A DNA stretch of 59,819 nucleotides from an uncultured virus (IMG/VR IMGVR_UViG_3300046471_000229) (IMGVR_UViG_3300046471_000229), one strand, 5' to 3'; shown: positions 10,016 through 20,412, counted from the stretch's first letter. Notes: generated by a model from the letters alone, not told the origin. Made by a program: numbers and translations.

Positions 10016-10663
10016 TTATGGCGCCGATGCTGGCGCTGCCGAGGGGATTGCACACAGCCCTTTTGCATACACATTGAAGATCCCTTTCCAGGACGGCCAG
10101 TCGGCCTCAAGCTTCTCCAGGCAGCCAGTTAGACGGGCCTGATCGATCTCAGACAACCTGGTGCCAAGGGAGAAATTGACCCAAGTGACTTCGTTGGGCT
10201 TCTGGCCGGCAATCTCTTTTTCCATCAACTTCTTTTCAGAAGGCACAAACTTCAGTTTGTGCTGAGTGAGAAATTCACGCAGATTCACGTCCGTCATCGT
10301 CTCCATTGATTGGAGCAAGATCTTGTCGGACAGCGCGTAAGTCACCTTGTCCTCAAGTAGCCCCTTGAGGCTGTCTTTCGTCGCCCCAATAGCCTCTAGC
10401 TCCCGATTCACGGAGCCGCCCATCGCCATCGTGGCTGCGCGTGGATTTCCTTTGCTGGCCAAGTCCTCAAGCCAATATTCTTTTGGTCGATCATTGCCTT
10501 TGTCCATAAGGACGTTAAGGGCAACATCGATTTGACCTAGCTCGTACGCGTTGTTGACGTAATGGTCAGGCTTTAAAACAAAGACGTACGCGCTAGCCGA
10601 AATAGCCAGGCTCACCATCGCGCCGGCAACGAAGCTTGGGCAGATCACATCGGACAGTTTCAT
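10016..10663 (-). CDS. Membrane-anchored hypothetical protein
   Basis: N-terminal hydrophobic segment; AAGGGG RBS. Confidence 0.7.
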   Translation of the reverse strand: MKLSDVICPSFVAGAMVSLAISASAYVFVLKPDHYVNNAYELGQIDVALNVLMDKGNDRPKEYWLEDLASKGNPRAATMAMGGSVNRELEAIGATKDSLKGLLEDKVTYALSDKILLQSMETMTDVNLREFLTQHKLKFVPSEKKLMEKEIAGQKPNEVTWVNFSLGTRLSEIDQARLTGCLEKLEADWPSWKGIFNVYAKGLCAIPSAAPASAP

Positions 10664-10968
10664 GGTGACCCCTTATTTTTATTATGTTTTCACTTTCGAC
10701 AACGAATCAGACCCAGGTTGTGAGCTTGCCGAACTTGCAAGTCATTATCTAGGGGTGCAGTTATATGTCAACAATTGACGGGATCCTTGCCTCGCCCCAG
10801 TCCAGATGCGTTTAAAAAAATGACCGTCAATTGATGGGTATCTTTTCTTTTCCCGGCAGAAGGAGCAACATGAAAGGTGCCGGGCTACATGGCGTTTGAA
10901 ATTCCAATAATAAGTGACTCCTGCGCACACCATAGCGAAGGGAGCCACAAAAAACAGGAACGTCTCAC

Positions 10969-12357
10969 ATGGTTGATCGCAAAGCCGCCGCAGCATCCCC
11001 CTCGCCTATCCGCTATGTCATCGACACCAACGTTCTGATTCACGACCCCAACGCCTTGATGAACTTCGAAGAACACCACGTGGCTCTGCCCATGACGGTT
11101 CTTGAAGAACTCGACAAACTGAAAACCGGAAAGCACAGCGTCGCCGCCGAATGCCGCCAGGCCATCCGTCTGATCGACAAACTGCTCGGCTCGGCCACTC
11201 CGGAACAGATCGAGGCCGGTGTACCGATTGCGCGGGGCAAAAATGCTCCAAAAGGCACACTGTCGATTCTGGTCGACCACCCCGACCTCAACAACATTCT
11301 GCCGTCCAGTGTGAACGACAACAAAATCATCAACCTGGCCATCGAGCTCAAGCGCTCGTCTGAGAGCAAGGTGGTACTGGTCACCAAGGACATCAACATG
11401 CGCCTGAAGGCGCGTGCGATTGGCCTGGACTCGGAAGATTACAGCTCCGACCAGTTGGTCGACGACGTCGACCTGCTCTCCAATGGCTTCCATCACGTGA
11501 CCGGCTCGTTCTGGGACAACGTGGCCAAAGTAGAAACCCGTCCAGACCGCAAGTTTACCTGGCACACCGTGGAGCTGGTTGATCCGATTACCGCATTGTC
11601 TGTGAACGAATTCATCCTGGACGACGAAGGTAAGGTGTTTTGGGCCAAGGAAGTGAATGGCAAATACCTGCTGATCCAGGAGTTCAGCAAAGACGAACTG
11701 ATGAGCCAAGAAGCCTGGGGCCTCATTCCACGCGATATCTATCAGGCGCTGGCGCTCAAAGGCCTAATGGATCCGGACATCCACCTGGTGAATCTGGCAG
11801 GCTCTGCCGGCTCGGGTAAAACGATCCTGGCACTCGCAGCTGCAATCGAACAGACGATGGTCTCCAAGATCTACGACAAGATCATCGTCACCCGCAGTGT
11901 GCAGGGCCTGGATGAGGATATCGGCTTTCTGCCAGGCACCGAGGCCGAGAAGATGGAACCATGGCTTGGCGCGATCAGCGACAACCTGGAAGCATTGCAT
12001 GCCGACGATGAGTCGTCTTCCGGCAGCATCGAGTACATCCTCCAGAAGGTGCCGCTGCAGTTCAAATCGATGAACTTCATGCGTGGCCGTTCCTTCCAGC
12101 GAAGCTTGATCATCGTCGACGAATGTCAGAACCTGACGCCGCACCAAATGAAAACCCTCATCACCCGTGCCGGCAACGGTTCCAAGGTGATCTGCTTGGG
12201 CAACCTGGCGCAAATCGACACCCCTTACCTGTCGGCCACCAGTTCTGGCCTGACTTATCTGACAGAGCGCTTCAAGGGCTTCGAGTACGGAACGCACCTG
12301 ACGCTGCAAGGCGTGCCCCGCTCCATCCTGGCCGAGTACGCGGAAGCGCACCTGTAA
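10969..12357 (+). CDS. PhoH family protein (PIN domain + PhoH ATPase, PhoH2/YlaK type)
   Basis: YVIDTNVLIHDP PIN motif, GSAGSGKT Walker A, IGFLPG.E.EKM.PW, MRGRSF, IIVDECQN. Confidence 0.95.
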   Translation: MVDRKAAAASPSPIRYVIDTNVLIHDPNALMNFEEHHVALPMTVLEELDKLKTGKHSVAAECRQAIRLIDKLLGSATPEQIEAGVPIARGKNAPKGTLSILVDHPDLNNILPSSVNDNKIINLAIELKRSSESKVVLVTKDINMRLKARAIGLDSEDYSSDQLVDDVDLLSNGFHHVTGSFWDNVAKVETRPDRKFTWHTVELVDPITALSVNEFILDDEGKVFWAKEVNGKYLLIQEFSKDELMSQEAWGLIPRDIYQALALKGLMDPDIHLVNLAGSAGSGKTILALAAAIEQTMVSKIYDKIIVTRSVQGLDEDIGFLPGTEAEKMEPWLGAISDNLEALHADDESSSGSIEYILQKVPLQFKSMNFMRGRSFQRSLIIVDECQNLTPHQMKTLITRAGNGSKVICLGNLAQIDTPYLSATSSGLTYLTERFKGFEYGTHLTLQGVPRSILAEYAEAHL

Positions 12358-12371
12358 CGCTTCCTGTGACG

Positions 12372-12400
12372 AAGAAGGCGCCCTCAGGGGCGCCTTTCTT
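12372..12400. terminator. Bidirectional intrinsic terminator
   Basis: AAGGCGCCC-TCAG-GGGCGCCTTTCTT between convergent genes. Confidence 0.8.
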
Positions 12401-12412
12401 ATTCCGACTTGA

Positions 12413-13150
12413 TCAGAAGCCCATTGATAACTCTTCATCGCGGGCCTTGGCCCTTTGGCGCCTGGCTGCTGGCGCTTGGGTTGCTGGGAGTTCCGGCTGA
12501 GCCCTTTCCCCTGTCAGAGCAAAAATTGCCTGGCTCTGATCGAAAACGCGGTACTCCTGCCTGAGAAGGTTCTCTCCCGTGCCGTTGTAAATTGCCCCGT
12601 CAAACCCGCGTTTTTTGGCGGCCTCGATAAACTCGTGGTCATCCAGGATGGGGAATATATCGAGGTAAAGATCCTTGATCAGGTGCGGCGCCTTCTCAGC
12701 CAGCGTAGCGACATCCCCATATGTACCCTGCGGATCGATCCTTTCACGCCAGTTGCTGGTGTGGAAGACATAGTTCTGGTGCTTGATGAGGAGCTTCAGA
12801 GCTAACTCTTCGCCAACCGCCGCAAGAATCTCTGGATACTCAATGAAAGGGTCTTCCCAGTTAACGACCGGGTTTCGTATATCCAGGTAAACGGCAAAAA
12901 CCTTGGGCGCCCGGTTGCGGCCATCATAGGTCAATTCTGAGGCTGGCCCGTTTTTCGAGTAAATGTTGGCAATCCTCAAATCCCCAAAGCTGTAGGAAGC
13001 CCGTGTCGCTTGAAAACCGGCAGGGTTACCATCAACCTCGCCGAATTCACCTCGATAGACCAACAGCGGCTTACCATCTTTACCCACTACCTTGGTCTGG
13101 CTCAGGTCGATAGGAAAGTCGTAGGTTCTTTTTATTTTGCTACGCGCCAC
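12413..13150 (-). CDS. ART-PolyVal-like (ADP-ribosyltransferase fold) protein, tandem paralog 1
   Basis: KVVGKDGKPLLVYRGE...VYLDIRNP...GFDGAIY..G....EYRVFD.SQ. Confidence 0.6.
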   Translation of the reverse strand: MARSKIKRTYDFPIDLSQTKVVGKDGKPLLVYRGEFGEVDGNPAGFQATRASYSFGDLRIANIYSKNGPASELTYDGRNRAPKVFAVYLDIRNPVVNWEDPFIEYPEILAAVGEELALKLLIKHQNYVFHTSNWRERIDPQGTYGDVATLAEKAPHLIKDLYLDIFPILDDHEFIEAAKKRGFDGAIYNGTGENLLRQEYRVFDQSQAIFALTGERAQPELPATQAPAARRQRAKARDEELSMGF

Positions 13151-13198
13151 AGGCGTCTCCTTTAAAAATGGACAGCTTGCCCCTTACGCAAACAATCC

Positions 13199-13957
13199 TC
13201 ACATGCTCATACTTGGTGAGTCTTCTAGCTCGATGGTGCGCATGCGTGACCGTTTCGCAACAGGCGCCACAGGGGCTTCTGGCTCTGCCCTCTCCCCGGT
13301 CAGCGCAAAAATTACCTGGCTTGCATCGAAGACTCGGTACTCTTGGCAGCGCGAGTTCTGATTCGTGCCGTTGTAGATCGCGCCGTCAAATCCGCGCTTC
13401 CTGGCCTCATTGACGAACAGTGGATCATCAAGGATCGGCCAGATATCGAGGTAAATCTCTTCAAGCAGATCCGGCGCCTTGAGTGCCACAGTGGCCACGT
13501 CACCGTACTCCTCATCCGGGTCGATGTTCGAGCCCCAATTGTCGGTGTTAAACACGTGATCCTGGTGCTTGATTAGCAACTCGAGAGCGACCTCGGCACC
13601 GACGCTTTTGAGCAAATCAGGGTATTCAATAAACGGATCTTTCCAGTTGACGACAGGGTTCTGAATGTCCAAATAAACTTGGTACAGTCGTTGCTCCTTC
13701 GGCCCATAATCGTTCCCTTGATAGTCCGACCTACCTTGTTCGTCGAAACCCGCGTAAATGTTCGCGATTCTCCGGTCACCGAACGAGTACGACCCCAGCT
13801 TGCTCTGCAGGGCCAGAGGGTTACCGCTGTGCACTCCTGTTTCACCGCGATAAAGCAGCAGTGGTTTGCCGTCATCGCCTACCGCCTGGGTCTTGGATAA
13901 GTCCGGGAAGGCTTCAGCCTTCTTCTTGTTGTTATGCATACTTTGCGCCCGCGTCAA
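13199..13957 (-). CDS. ART-PolyVal-like protein, tandem paralog 2
   Basis: Clearly homologous to 12413..13150 along its length; start may be the ATG at 13939. Confidence 0.6.
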   Translation of the reverse strand: MTRAQSMHNNKKKAEAFPDLSKTQAVGDDGKPLLLYRGETGVHSGNPLALQSKLGSYSFGDRRIANIYAGFDEQGRSDYQGNDYGPKEQRLYQVYLDIQNPVVNWKDPFIEYPDLLKSVGAEVALELLIKHQDHVFNTDNWGSNIDPDEEYGDVATVALKAPDLLEEIYLDIWPILDDPLFVNEARKRGFDGAIYNGTNQNSRCQEYRVFDASQVIFALTGERAEPEAPVAPVAKRSRMRTIELEDSPSMSM

Positions 13958-13960
13958 TTA

Positions 13961-14305
13961 TCAATCTTTGTTTTCACTCGAAAGCATCTGCGCATCAGTG
14001 GCTGGCCACTGCTGATGCCAAGGCTGGCTCTCTGAGAGGATGAAAGCCGCACACTGAAGCTCTGTAAGCCCGGTGACCGCCACCAGGAACGATATGCAGT
14101 CCTTGTCCGTGCGATATACAGCACCCGACTCCGAAACAGCCTGGAAGAACCCGTGAGCCATCCTGTCAGCGGTACTTAGCTCTGGATTTGTGCAAAGGTC
14201 TGCTGGCAGCGTAGCGTCGAGGTATCGTGCATGCGCGTCCCTCAAGGCAGCCTGGGTATCCACTGTGAACTCGTTGACTAACTCTTTCGCGTAAACCGTG
14301 CGCAT
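13961..14305 (-). CDS. Hypothetical protein (DC.SFL...TGL family)
   Basis: Likely ATG 14305 with GAAGG RBS. Confidence 0.65.
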   Translation of the reverse strand: MRTVYAKELVNEFTVDTQAALRDAHARYLDATLPADLCTNPELSTADRMAHGFFQAVSESGAVYRTDKDCISFLVAVTGLTELQCAAFILSESQPWHQQWPATDAQMLSSENKD

Positions 14306-14464
14306 TGAAATACCTTCGTGAAAAAGCCGTTCCTTCCAACCAACGTCGACGAGGCGGCCATGAATCTGCCGCCACACGGTAAGCGCCATCATTTCAAATC
14401 AGCATAACTAATCATCGCATATCCTATGGGCTCCTGGTAGCGGGAGCCCCACAGAACAGCAGGT

Positions 14465-15940
14465 TCAGATACCCAACTCTTGCCCAAACATCTTACCGAG
14501 CATTTTGAGGTTCATGGCTTTCAGCAACCGAGGTTCGCCAGTCAGCTCATACAGCGGCTTGAGCATTTCATCCCGGCGTGGATGTCCAATGATCAACTCC
14601 AGTGGAACGGTCGCGAGGAAGCCAATTCGGCCAGGTTTTTTCAGGTCGGCCAGGCACATACGTATCATGAAAGCGTGGTCGACAGGCTCATGTTTTTGAA
14701 CCTCGTACTGGAACCGACCAACTGTGGTCAGAATAAAACCTTGATTGCAGTCTATTCCCGCTTGATGCATTTCAAATATAAACCGGTTGGCATTTAGAGT
14801 CGAGACCTTGGTTGCAGTCAGCAACTGATCTATAAAATCAGCTGGGGCTAATTTTAAAAACTCCGGCACGAAAATATCTGACCATTTATGGTCATTTTTA
14901 ATATCGCTAACTACAGACTCCAATGCCTTGCACTGAGCAATATCATTCCAGTATTGCCGGATAGGATTACCATACTCCTTAAAGAGCCATCGTGACTTCA
15001 TGTCAAATTCAGGGTTGGCTTCCGCATATACTTTGTAATAGCCGACAACGTGATTGGCTATTTTCTGTACCGTACCATCACCCCTGTACTTTGCAATTCC
15101 AGGTAAACTTTGCAAATACTTGAATGCTTCAAGATCATCGAAGTGAAATGCCGACTGAATCAGTACCGGCATAAAATTATCAAGGCGATCTTTGAAGTAA
15201 TCCTTACTTCTAAGCGTGCCATCCTGCTCGCGGCACAGGTTGACCACAGGCGCCTGTGTTTGGCTAGGATCAGTGCAGTACTGGGAGGTCAACCTAGCCA
15301 GGTGATCTATAGAAGAAGCGTTTTTGATAACGTACTTCATCATTTCATCTGCACTGGCAGGAGAGTATAAGCGCTCGGAAATCCAATCCATGACGTAATC
15401 TAACGATGGTTTTGCTACCAACTCGTCCTCACTGACCAATCCCTGGAAATTCAGCCGTGAGTAATATCTAACATCACTGATTAATTTACCTAGCTTATTC
15501 AGCCTGTTTCCAGCCATCGCAAGACTATCAAGGACAGCATGAAGTGGCTTTACATCAACTTGTTTGAAAAGCTTATAGCTAAACTCATCAAACTCTAGAT
15601 TAGTAATATTTTTTATGCGTTCGGCAACGCTTTCAACTGGTGAACGCTTTAATGACTCTTGATTCTGAGGTGGAACAAATTGAATCCCACGCACAGCCAA
15701 ATATTCACTGCAAAGCGCCCCTGACAGCCCGGTCGACTTTATAAGATAATCAACGCAATCAGCCTTGTATGCGATACCCTGGCCATCTGCGTCTTTTCGC
15801 AATAGGTTTGGAAAGTCCAAACGGCAGGACTCAATCGCAGCAGGAGTGCATCGATCTTTATAGTAATCGATGACCGACAAGTACAACTCCATTGAGTTGT
15901 AGAGCAGTTCATCCTCTTCCTGCGTTGCGTTATATGCCAT
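14465..15940 (-). CDS. Hypothetical protein, AT-richer than its neighbours
   Basis: 491-aa ORF; N-terminal DCVDYL...TGL motif; ends MFGQELGI. Confidence 0.8.
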   Translation of the reverse strand: MAYNATQEEDELLYNSMELYLSVIDYYKDRCTPAAIESCRLDFPNLLRKDADGQGIAYKADCVDYLIKSTGLSGALCSEYLAVRGIQFVPPQNQESLKRSPVESVAERIKNITNLEFDEFSYKLFKQVDVKPLHAVLDSLAMAGNRLNKLGKLISDVRYYSRLNFQGLVSEDELVAKPSLDYVMDWISERLYSPASADEMMKYVIKNASSIDHLARLTSQYCTDPSQTQAPVVNLCREQDGTLRSKDYFKDRLDNFMPVLIQSAFHFDDLEAFKYLQSLPGIAKYRGDGTVQKIANHVVGYYKVYAEANPEFDMKSRWLFKEYGNPIRQYWNDIAQCKALESVVSDIKNDHKWSDIFVPEFLKLAPADFIDQLLTATKVSTLNANRFIFEMHQAGIDCNQGFILTTVGRFQYEVQKHEPVDHAFMIRMCLADLKKPGRIGFLATVPLELIIGHPRRDEMLKPLYELTGEPRLLKAMNLKMLGKMFGQELGI

Positions 15941-16041
15941 TTCAATCGCCCAAAGTCTAAATACCCAATTCCTTTACCTTATCGCAGGCTGGGTATCGGT
16001 GACCAGATCAAGATCGAACTTTGGGCGATTTCAATACGCAT

Positions 16042-16962
16042 CTAGGGAAAAGAGGCGATTGGCTGATCGTGCAGGCTGTGCAGAAGCGGTCGGCTGAAGG
16101 CCCTCTCCTCATCGACACTGATTAGCCCCTTGGCCGCAAGGACGCCTTGCACATAGCCCAGGCGAATAGACTGCGACTCTAGGTCACAATCTTCAATGAC
16201 TTCGAGGGAGTCATAGATCATGATCTCGATGGGCTTGAGCTCCTTACGGAGCGGCGCATCTATGGAAATTTTGGAAATGATCCCAAGGTAGCGGTCGAAC
16301 AGCTTTGACAGCACGTTCTGTGCCGCACTGGTAAGGTCACCTTTAACCAGCCCGGTGTACAGGCTGAATTCAAGGCGCTTGTCCAATGTGCTGAGCACCC
16401 CGCCAGCAAAGCCCATCCACCGGCACAGTTTGTCCGACGGGTATCGCTGGTTATTGTCCAGCGCCTCCTTGCAGAGCTGCTGAAGATGAGCAACACCGCA
16501 TTTCTCAGGCATGATCGGAGGATGCACCTCAAAGACCTGCAGATCGACCAGAGCCCCTCTGAAGAAGTCGAGGACTGGCACGAGCCCGGACGCAGGTTTA
16601 CGTTCTGATTTAACGATAGGCTCCTCTTGTACAAACGAAATGGTGCTTCTGTGGTAACACACCACATTCCCTCTGCCGGTCACCCGGTAGAACGGGCCGA
16701 ATTCGTCAGTTGACCCAGCGTAGAAAAAATCATGGTCTGAGGATTTTTTAGGCCAGATTTTGACTCTGAACCGCGCCGAGGTGGCGTCCAGTGGGAGCTC
16801 ACCATTTGTCTCGTAAAACTTGATGACATCCTCCAAGGGGAACCTGTTGATCACATCATCGGCGCAAAGAACGCACAGGAAATTGCCATCGATGAACAGC
16901 TTCTGAACGTCGTCATATCGAAACGGACGCAAGGTGTCCTGAAGACGGATACATATCTGCAT
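16042..16962 (-). CDS. Hypothetical protein
   Basis: 306 aa; duplicated DK.CRWMGF..GVL / IRLGYVQGVL helical motifs. Confidence 0.75.
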   Translation of the reverse strand: MQICIRLQDTLRPFRYDDVQKLFIDGNFLCVLCADDVINRFPLEDVIKFYETNGELPLDATSARFRVKIWPKKSSDHDFFYAGSTDEFGPFYRVTGRGNVVCYHRSTISFVQEEPIVKSERKPASGLVPVLDFFRGALVDLQVFEVHPPIMPEKCGVAHLQQLCKEALDNNQRYPSDKLCRWMGFAGGVLSTLDKRLEFSLYTGLVKGDLTSAAQNVLSKLFDRYLGIISKISIDAPLRKELKPIEIMIYDSLEVIEDCDLESQSIRLGYVQGVLAAKGLISVDEERAFSRPLLHSLHDQPIASFP

Positions 16963-17011
16963 GATTGCGCCTTAACTCATTGAATAAACTGAAATCGAAC
17001 GGTTAGTTGCA

Positions 17012-17785
17012 TTAGCAAACAAGACGAGCGTCCATCCCGACCATCTGATCCCATCGCGCTTGCAACATGGCCAGGTAACTCTCCCCCGGCAGGGCGCCGT
17101 AGGCGCCAACGGAAAAGCCGTCATTGCATTCGACCAGGGCGGTTCGACCACACGCCAGCACGCCAAAATCGATGGCGTAGCCCATTGGTGCGTTAGGCTG
17201 CTGGGCCATGAGGATCAAAGCCTCGGCAACGATGGTAGCGTCAGGCATCAGTCGGTCATTGCCTGCATAGCAGGCCTGGAACAGCAACTCCTGACCTATG
17301 ACGTAGCAGCGCCATTCACTGAGCCACTGTACCACCTCACTGTGATAGACCGACTCAGACCTGGGGATCCCGCTCATGCGGTAATCATTGGCTTCACGCA
17401 GCACCAGACCGGTAAAGCGTTTTGCGCGCAACGCGGGCTTCACAAACACCGGGGCCCGGTAAGCCACCCGTTCCATCACCTTCCCGAGCGTCGACAGGCC
17501 GACATCGCGATGCAGCAGGTGAGCCAGGCAGTCGGGGTAGCAGGACTCTGATGGCAGTTGCAGGGCGCGCTGCCGAAGCGCGTATTTCATGAAATCCAAC
17601 CCACCCACAACCAGCCGGCTGGCGCTCGAATCGAAGCGATTGCGCATCAACTGCGATGAAGCGGCCTTCAAGTAGGTTCTGCCCTGGCCATGAAGGGCAT
17701 TGATAACCAGGTGCTCTTCCGGGCCAAAGCGAAAGCTACGGTGCTCAATAAGAACATCGTCTTCCCGCATGGACAGCCCCTTCAA
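17012..17785 (-). CDS. ATP-grasp domain protein (DUF4343 / R2K-like)
   Basis: PVFVKP...KRFTG, SEVV...SEWRCYV, YAIDFG...ALVECNDGFS.G.YG. Confidence 0.8.
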   Translation of the reverse strand: MKGLSMREDDVLIEHRSFRFGPEEHLVINALHGQGRTYLKAASSQLMRNRFDSSASRLVVGGLDFMKYALRQRALQLPSESCYPDCLAHLLHRDVGLSTLGKVMERVAYRAPVFVKPALRAKRFTGLVLREANDYRMSGIPRSESVYHSEVVQWLSEWRCYVIGQELLFQACYAGNDRLMPDATIVAEALILMAQQPNAPMGYAIDFGVLACGRTALVECNDGFSVGAYGALPGESYLAMLQARWDQMVGMDARLVC

Positions 17786-18435
17786 ACCTGATAACCTGCT
17801 ACTTTCGCGGCCTTTTCAAAGTCCGCCCAGAACACAGCGCGGTCGACAATGTTATCACCGTAGGTTGGCACCCGCCGACCGGTCAGTTCGAAGGCTAGCG
17901 CACTGCTTAGTTCTTCACGCAGTTGTGTTTCCACCTCGCCGAACTCGGCAATCCTGGCATCGATGCCTGAACGCTCTAAGAATGCGATCATTTGCGGTTG
18001 TTTGAGCTCAATGTTCGTTTGCATACAAACAGCATTTACTGCCGAGCGCACCAATGACCGAGTGAGGACAACACCGTTGGCCGTGGTTATGGGATGAACT
18101 TCTTTCCTGTGCTTCTTCCCGCGTGGCCGTTCAACATCGGACACAATGTACGTCTTGCGACGGCGCTGGAGCGCCCTTGGATTTCGCCCTGAAAGCCCTA
18201 ACGCCAGCCTGCGAGATGCTTCGAACTCGTAGGGTAGCAACCCCCTTCCGCCCTCATCACGAAAGCAACTGGAGTCAATGACAAACCTGCCTTCCTGTCG
18301 CGCCTTCGCCAGAAACGATTCGCTTAACAAAGAGCGCCCCTTCCCGGTCGTTCCAACGATCATTGTATGGAATTGACTGGCTGACGCCTCAAACACAGCG
18401 CCATCTGGAGTAACAAATTTAGGGTACATAACCAT
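17782..18435 (-). CDS. Hypothetical protein with Walker-A-like N-terminal segment
   Basis: HTMIVGTTGKGRS near the N-terminus; C-terminal domain resembles the 7285/38987/39724 family. Confidence 0.7.
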   Translation of the reverse strand: MVMYPKFVTPDGAVFEASASQFHTMIVGTTGKGRSLLSESFLAKARQEGRFVIDSSCFRDEGGRGLLPYEFEASRRLALGLSGRNPRALQRRRKTYIVSDVERPRGKKHRKEVHPITTANGVVLTRSLVRSAVNAVCMQTNIELKQPQMIAFLERSGIDARIAEFGEVETQLREELSSALAFELTGRRVPTYGDNIVDRAVFWADFEKAAKVAGYQV

Positions 18436-18456
18436 GAGTGTCGCAATCCTTTGTAT

Positions 18457-18774
18457 TCAAGTGGGCAGGCGGTACCGATAGACGTGCGTGCCTTCAATGG
18501 GTTCGCGGATGACCACCTCGTGATCCAGGAGCTCGCTCAGGGTCTGGTTGAAGCTCTGATCAGGCGCCTTGATACCAAGCGCTTGGCGCCACTCGTAGGA
18601 GGTCAGAGGGCGACGTGCCAGGCAGGCAAGATAACGTTCGTATTTCTCCTTATCACCGGCGCTGATCGCCTTGAATTCCCGACGAACAGCCTCCACAGCC
18701 CCAATCAAGGGTGCGAAAAATAGGCGTGGGGTTTCCTTGGCAGCTTTAAGAAACTCATCTTTGAGCGTCGTCAT
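18457..18774 (-). CDS. Hypothetical protein
   Basis: ATG 18774 with GAGGT RBS (MTTLKDEF...). Confidence 0.65.
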   Translation of the reverse strand: MTTLKDEFLKAAKETPRLFFAPLIGAVEAVRREFKAISAGDKEKYERYLACLARRPLTSYEWRQALGIKAPDQSFNQTLSELLDHEVVIREPIEGTHVYRYRLPT

Positions 18775-18838
18775 CTGGCAATACACCTCATCAGATCCCA
18801 CGACTGGCGTGGCGACAATATAACGATTATGTAGCAGC

Positions 18839-18865
18839 AAAAAACCGCCTATTAAAGGCGGTTTA
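18839..18865 (-). terminator. Intrinsic terminator
   Basis: AAACCGCC-TATTAAA-GGCGGTTT hairpin with a U-tract on the minus strand. Confidence 0.55.
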
Positions 18866-18991
18866 AGCAGGTTTCAGCCTGGGCCCTGGCCCTGGAATCA
18901 GACACTGCAATCAGCGCGGCATAGGTAGCGTCAATATATGCCTATTGTATCACATGTCAATAGGCCATTCCATGCCTAACCTACCGGCAGC

Positions 18992-20353
18992 CTACTGCTG
19001 AGGCGGTTTTGCCTCAGGACTATCCAGTGCCTTTCGGCTTTGCTGGACACCGGCAACGACTTCTCGCTCTTTTACGACCTCCTCCATACGTTGCTTGATC
19101 GCTATCTCGGCTTCCGCCCTCAAGTAATCAGCTCTGTCTTCCGCCGAACGGGCAGCGCTACTATCCATAGCCCGCATTTCTACCAATTTTTGTACATTTT
19201 TGAGCTCTTCAGTGTGGATGTTGATCGCACTCTGCATAGCCGCCCTCATACTAACAATGCGCTCTTCTGCGGATCGAGCTGCCATGACCTCAAGCGCATG
19301 AGAATTGAAGTGATTCGTCAATTTATCAACAATGTTTTTAACTTTGCTTTCGTCGGAATAGCGGTTTGAGACCCAGGCATTTACCCAGCTCTTGTTTAAT
19401 TCCAACGCGTCCTTCGGATCTTTTCCGTCCAGATAACCTGCCATGATCTTGCTGATCAAGATGGTGGCGTCAGCTGCACTCAACCGTATTTTTCCGTTTT
19501 CTTTCAGCTTATCCAAATATCGCGATGAATTCTCGAATCCTCGCAGAACCGCCTGCGGTTTCACCTCATTGGCGGCACCACCTGGGATGGAAAGACCAAA
19601 TTTTTCCGGATTTTTCACCAACTCCTCAATGAAATCGAAGTCTTTGTCAGAGGCAGTTGTATTATCTGCATAAACCAATATTGCAGACATCGCGCCTAGC
19701 AATGTTGAGACCTCATACCCTCGAATAAATTGATCTACTTCACCTTCGGATACATAGTTCTTATCAAGTTCTTTGAACCTTCTGGTCAGGTATCGCCGGA
19801 ACTCGAAATCAACATCGTCGTTAACGTCGAGATGGTCGCCATAGCGTGTCTTAAAATAACCGGCGAAGCTAACAAGCATCTTCCGGCTTTCATCCAAACG
19901 GCTATTGCGCTCGATGGTAGCGTCCAATGCCGTCAGATAGTTGCTAACCTCCGTCTTTGAAAACGACTGATCAGCGTGATGGGCTTCCAAAAAATCTCGA
20001 CACTGCTTATAACTGTTGATTACTGTATCTGCTTGAATCAAATGCAATTGAGATTTTGGGAAAATATCATGGCCACTAATGATCCCCCGCTCATCCCAAA
20101 AAATCCACGAATCATACAAGTTTGAAGGTTTCGTATGGAGTTGATATCCATGCTCTAGAAAAGCTGTCTGTGATCCAAGCCATTCAGAAACGGATTCGCC
20201 CTGCGTACATGGCGTGGCGGTCATCACAAGATCAGGATCCACCAGCCTTTTGACTGTTACACCAACAGCCGTAAGTACACCTAATAATGCCAACCCAATT
20301 ACTAATTTCGTATTCGTTGGAATCTTAGACAATTTACTTTCTGTATTTTTCAC
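18992..20353 (-). CDS. Membrane-anchored hypothetical protein with TerB-like motif and coiled coil
   Basis: N-terminal TM segment; LLGAMSAILVYADN...DFDFIEELV; AT-richer. Confidence 0.75.
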   Translation of the reverse strand: MKNTESKLSKIPTNTKLVIGLALLGVLTAVGVTVKRLVDPDLVMTATPCTQGESVSEWLGSQTAFLEHGYQLHTKPSNLYDSWIFWDERGIISGHDIFPKSQLHLIQADTVINSYKQCRDFLEAHHADQSFSKTEVSNYLTALDATIERNSRLDESRKMLVSFAGYFKTRYGDHLDVNDDVDFEFRRYLTRRFKELDKNYVSEGEVDQFIRGYEVSTLLGAMSAILVYADNTTASDKDFDFIEELVKNPEKFGLSIPGGAANEVKPQAVLRGFENSSRYLDKLKENGKIRLSAADATILISKIMAGYLDGKDPKDALELNKSWVNAWVSNRYSDESKVKNIVDKLTNHFNSHALEVMAARSAEERIVSMRAAMQSAINIHTEELKNVQKLVEMRAMDSSAARSAEDRADYLRAEAEIAIKQRMEEVVKEREVVAGVQQSRKALDSPEAKPPQQ

Positions 20354-20412
20354 TATTTAAGCTCAGGTTATGATAAAAAATTAAGTATCGTCCTGCATGA
20401 ACACCAGATAAC

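Noticed and set aside
10885..12438. Long antisense ORFs opposite phoH (and similar ones opposite 26269, 36855 and 55862)
   Set aside because: Shadow ORFs caused by the codon bias of the real genes.
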